Made by a program: the position numbers and the translations under genes. The notes beneath the pieces were generated by a model that did not search any database, was not told the origin of the DNA, and saw nothing but the letters and a program-made list of their open reading frames with translations. A stretch of 63,862 nt of DNA, counting the filler, from Babesia bigemina (lineage: Eukaryota): the NCBI RefSeq assembly GCF_000981445.1. It is 17 parts of 17 records of this genome, joined end to end, with 100 filler letters (N's around TTAATTAATTAA, not from the genome) between each part and the next. Parts side by side here need not be neighbours in the genome. Positions count along the whole stretch, not along the records: positions 58,093 to 61,747 come from NW_012237039.1; positions 61,848 to 63,862 come from NW_012237045.1; 15 more parts are not named here. The stretch is one strand, 5' to 3'. The first letter of the stretch is position 1, and each line of letters begins with the position of its first letter. Positions 59,159 to 63,862 of this stretch are shown here, one piece after another.

Positions 59159-60089
59159 TCACATTGGAGGTACACACCCAATGGTTGGTACCATGCCTTT
59201 TACATCGACGATACCAGACGATTCATCCGCCTTCTCTTTTGACAGTAACATGTGGATATCCACCAATGCCCTGCATTTATAAATTACGGCAACACATAAC
59301 TTACACTTTTAGGCAATCTATGTAGTGCCTTCGACGCTGCAGCTGATCTCTGTCAAATAGTAATAAAAAGTCAGTACACACGCAGGCATTTAGTGGTTGA
59401 AACAAATGTGCTAACCTGAGCATTCGTAAAACGTCGTCCTCCGCCTTTCGCTGCGAGAAGGACGACAGCGTATGTTGAATATTGCTGTAGAGCTACGCAC
59501 AAATGAGATATCAAGTAGCGCAATGTTAGCCTAACTGGCATTAAGCATAAAAGAGGAAGAATAATGTCGAATCGCACAGCGAACACACCTTCATAAAACG
59601 CTTGATATCGGAAATAGAATCGCTGTCCATCTAATGAAGCGCTTTAGACGAATTAACCAAACAACCTACGTTCTTAATACGACCCAAATACGACAGCAGA
59701 CAATCCATAAAATCCGTATACAAAGCCTTAAGATGAACTCGGACATCCGAGTCCTCAACAGACACACGAATCAGAGTCTCGGAATCCAACTCCACCGTGT
59801 TGATTGCTAGCTAAGGATGTTATGAAAACAAGTACGTCGAATTAGAACTTACGTGTTCTTGTGTTCCGAAATTGTACCAACCATCGGAAGGAGCAGAGGG
59901 GCATTCCGGACCTGAGATGCGCTCACTGCCCAGCGTATCACCGATATGCGGTGTTAACGACGTCGTATACGGAACCGAAGGCAGAGTGTGAGCGCTCGAA
60001 ACACTATGCGACAGGCTCACATCTCTAAAAGAATAGTTCTTGTAGAAGAACGGAGGTGGAGGAAATCCAGACGCAAAATCCTCCATCAT
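59159..60089 (-). CDS. MED7: Mediator complex subunit 7 (Med7-like), 6 exons
   Basis: Exon 1 (59853-60089) FASGFPPPPFFYKNY...YNFG; manual GT-AG splicing gives LKALYTDFMDCLL, LYSNIQHTLSSFSQRKAEDDVLRML, DQLQRRR and a stop at 59159. Confidence 0.75.
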
Positions 60090-60788
60090 GACTTATGAGC
60101 TCAACGCATGAAACTAGCTCCACATAACAACACAACAATACCCAACAATAATACAATAGCATCAATGAGTGGTGATACGTGCCACGCTGTGAACTGGCAG
60201 ATATTATTCAGCTGGGAAGTGTACGTTTGCTTATCGTGGAGTATGAGGTCATACCGACCGTACCATTGTTAAATAGGGTACTAGATTAACGCATGACGAA
60301 TCATAACAAGCGGATACTTCGAAACGTGATTGACGAAGAGTTTACGAGTTACTTCCAAATGCCTTTCAGCACAGTCGACATCCCACAAGACCCAACACGG
60401 CCGCATCGAACATCCGACGCCTAGACAATGATGCAACTTACACACTGCAATTACTCCTCGCAAAGTAACATGCTGAGTATATACAAAACCGCTGCAGACG
60501 TCATCTCCTTTGAGGCGGGCGCCACACACGCAGACGGACAATAAACCGAAACAGCGAACAATCTTTCTTATCGCACAACTACATAAGTTTTAACGCATAC
60601 AACCCCTTAAAGAAAACAATCCGCACGACAGACGCACGACAGATGGCGGTAGACAGGATCCATGCCGGGCGTGCAATCATCCGGTGCTAGACAACATCAC
60701 ACAGAATTAATGAGATTCCATTTTATATCATTTTGCAAAACTAGATACGACGGTGTGTCAACAACAAATCCACTTTACACATTCGACT

Positions 60789-61535
60789 TTATATCGTTTT
60801 CTGAGACACATTCCTCAAGGAATTCATAATTAGCGATGCATACGAATCAGAGTCCGAGGCATCAAAATTTCGGATACTGCTTGGAGATAAGTCCAAAAGG
60901 TCACTGAATTTTAAACATTCACCCACTCCGTTGAACTTAAAAGACAAGTTATTTGACGTAGCTAACGGCAGCGAGTAGCTCCGAGGCTCATCAGTGCCCG
61001 CGTTCGGCGCCGGCATGGAAAATTGTGAACGCAGGATGGAATCCAATCTGCCATCAAGGAGATGTCTTCCATTATTCGTACCATTAATGGTCTTCAAGAA
61101 TTGCTTTACGTTACCCCTGTAGTTTTTAATAATTGACAAGTTTTTCGCGATATTGCTATTGAGCTTGTTGTGGCTACTGAGTACGGCTTCAATGTTGACG
61201 CGCCACAGATCCCATGTCCTTTCCCACGCAATCCACAACAGCTGAGCAGCCATCTTCTCAGAGTCGTTGTTGTAGAAGGTACACTTTTGAGGGAAGCTAC
61301 AAGCTCCCATCGATATCATCTTGCATTTACGGGTCTTATAGACAATGGGATGGAAAATAACCTCAAGCTTCGTATGCGCCAGAGGACACGAACCCTCTGT
61401 GCAGTTCTTAAGCAACGGACACTCTATCGGTAAATAGAAATGCACATTTGGGTCCCTTCTTTTGAACTTGTTCGACAGGAAAGGGTGACTCCGAGCTGGA
61501 TCGAAAGACTTAGTTACAAGAATATTTGAGGCCAT
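60789..61535 (-). CDS. Tandem CCCH zinc-finger protein (Unkempt-like)
   Basis: CPLLKNCTEGSCPLAHTKLEVIFHPIVYKTRKC...C...C pattern; 248-aa ATG ORF. Confidence 0.72.
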   Translation of the reverse strand: MASNILVTKSFDPARSHPFLSNKFKRRDPNVHFYLPIECPLLKNCTEGSCPLAHTKLEVIFHPIVYKTRKCKMISMGACSFPQKCTFYNNDSEKMAAQLLWIAWERTWDLWRVNIEAVLSSHNKLNSNIAKNLSIIKNYRGNVKQFLKTINGTNNGRHLLDGRLDSILRSQFSMPAPNAGTDEPRSYSLPLATSNNLSFKFNGVGECLKFSDLLDLSPSSIRNFDASDSDSYASLIMNSLRNVSQKTI

Positions 61536-63862
61536 TTGTTATACAACATAACTCATAATATCTGTCTACATAAGTGCATCTGTTACAAATATTAAACTTT
61601 TGCTCATTGACAACAGAGACACTGGATAGCAAGGTCTACAGCAGCCTTCTTGCTATTATTGGTTTCATCTACTTAAAGGGATCGATATTTTGGTTAAATG
61701 TGTAGTGTATGTTTGTATGTACTGCGTTTTTGGTAAGATAGAGCAAANNNNNNNNNNNNNNNNNNNNNNNNNNNNNNNNNNNNNNNNNNNNTTAATTAAT
61801 TAANNNNNNNNNNNNNNNNNNNNNNNNNNNNNNNNNNNNNNNNNNNNCCTTTTTCATTCCGGAGTCCCTTCAAAGTCCAAGGAGGATATCCCCCCAGTCA
61901 TATACGGGAGCATCGACGCAAGAACATCGTCACGATGTCGAACAAAAATTACTAATGAAAAATACACGGTCAAGTTTGGAATGTGCAAGTCGTGGATGTA
62001 CGACTACCCCGTGATGCGAATGAAATGCTGGCAATGCAGCCGACGAACGATGCAAAATGTGATACAGTTATGATTGCCAGAGTGATTCTAAAGCTGTGAC
62101 GGAGAGTCACCGGATGCGGCAAGACGGGCGCGTTCGTAGGAGACCACGGAGTCCGAGGGTATACCGATGCTGGGTGTGCAATCTTACCACAGCATATGAA
62201 GATTCTCCGTTATCAGTAGCAGTTACCGAAACGGTAAGCAGCTATTAATGGCACAATGTGCGGACTATGGGTCAGCAAATGTGGATTTGCAGTCGGCCGC
62301 TGTTCACCACGGGGATGTAGGAGACTGGTTTCCCACGGTAACTGCTGAAACCGGACGCACAGTACCAGCCATTATATGAGCTAATATATCGACCAGCGAT
62401 GCTAAGGAGTAACAATGGCAGCATGAGCTAGAGGAGGCAGGACATTCTGGTTGCGACGTCTTGGAGCCGCTGGGACTCTCTACTACATCATTAATAATCC
62501 GAGGCGCCCATTGCCGGACTTGTAGAGGTTATGTACGGAGGAAAGCAATAGGAGCGTTGTCACAGGACAATGGACAGGACAAGCGCACCGGACAAGACGC
62601 CTTTGCGAGAGTCGCAGTTACAGGTGTCCCAAGCTTTACAACGCAGAGAACCGGAGCCGTAAAATTGCCCGACACTTGGACTACACGCACACTAGACACC
62701 CGCATTAGTATCTGCCTGCTACATCGGCAGTCAGACAGGCAGCCCCGCAAAGTTTTGATAACGTAAGCTGATGGTGGTACCAGTTGGGTAAAGCGGACAC
62801 TTGATTACCGCTTTAAAGGCCGACAATGCTATAATTGTTTATGTATACGCTGTATGACTCGCCGATGTTGTGAAATGCATTTTACCACCCTGTCTCAGGG
62901 GTGCACGAGACAGTGGGTAAGCATGTCTGCACCGCACACTCCACTGCACTGTACACAGAAGGAATATAAACATCTCAATGTACTTTCCTTTATTATCTTC
63001 CTGACAAGTGTTGCAAACTGTAATACGCGCGCGTGTAACTCGCAATGTGCAGGATCTAGCGTTGTATTAGTTAAGTAACATGCGTACATGAGACAGCGGA
63101 CGTAACTGCTGCCTTGGAAGCTGTAAATGGCCATCATGAATCAGCAAAGTAATCAGTCTGACAGGCGAGTTTAGATGGTCCAGTGTCTAACGATGTTTCC
63201 GGAGGTTGCGGCTAGAAATCGCATCGAACCTTGGCATTTGCAAGATGTTGAGTGACTCATTCTCCAGTAAGTGCATCATAGCGATCGTCTATTGCACGCA
63301 CGGTCACTGATTTCATTTATCGCAGCTTGAGACGGCCGTTCCAGTCTAGAGGAGGTTTCGCACCCGGTGTATTCGGGCCTGCATCCTACACGTTGTCCTC
63401 TACGGTGGCGGCCAATGGGAGAGGTAATTGCGGTTAAATATGTTACAAAGCATTTATCAGGCGTATAGTTTATTGCTTCGAATACGCGTTCAAAAGTGTC
63501 GATACGAGTCAAGTTCGACTTCATGGATCGCCTCCGAGACGACCACTCCGTGGATCCACAACTCTTTGCAATCCGCCATTCTGGCACTCTCGGATATCAT
63601 ATACTTGATGAATTCATCGGCTAACCACCCTCACCGATTCCATATACTCTTCCCCCCCTCGTGGCAGAACAAGGCCTAAAGGAACCCACAAATTGTGGCA
63701 TGGCATTTCAAATATCAACAATGGGCAATGGCAACTTTAATTTTTGCTAAAACCCTCCCCCCCTCCCAAAATGAAATTATGGTTTCCTTAACCACCCCCC
63801 GGCCTTGAAATCTCATAAATCCCCCGTTGTCAATTTTAAATTTTCCAGGCAAAGCCCCCTTA

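Noticed and set aside
61848..63862. Possible spliced gene(s) on the minus strand
   Set aside because: Some GT-AG candidates and a hydrophobic stretch near 62010-62095, but I could not build a stop-free model or recognise a family.

Overview
This is not one locus. It is 17 unplaced contigs joined by 16 identical 100-bp artificial spacers (N44-TTAATTAATTAA-N44). The DNA is from a eukaryotic piroplasm, most likely Babesia of the bigemina/ovata type (inferred from protein motifs and the telomere repeat). Most contigs carry variant erythrocyte surface antigen (ves/VESA-like) genes or fragments inside a stereotyped module: ves 3' end, conserved UTR, 12-bp array, 20-bp array, linker, 22-bp C-rich array, conserved 'cap' with an ATG, then a 5'-truncated ves. 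All 9 visible caps lead into a ves copy that cannot be translated from the cap ATG, and the joins fall into three reproducible classes. This suggests a repeat-flanked archive of silent antigen cassettes. A second family of small Cys-rich single-TM genes, preceded by ~75-bp repeats and followed by tandem headless TM/tail modules, uses the same repeat grammar. Also present: a telomere with a higher-order subtelomeric repeat, a laboratory EZ-Tn5 KAN-2-like aph(3')-Ia cassette (artefact) fused to a methionine aminopeptidase fragment, a 6-Cys domain fragment, a 6-exon MED7 and a CCCH zinc-finger gene. All family assignments come from motif recognition; no database search was run.
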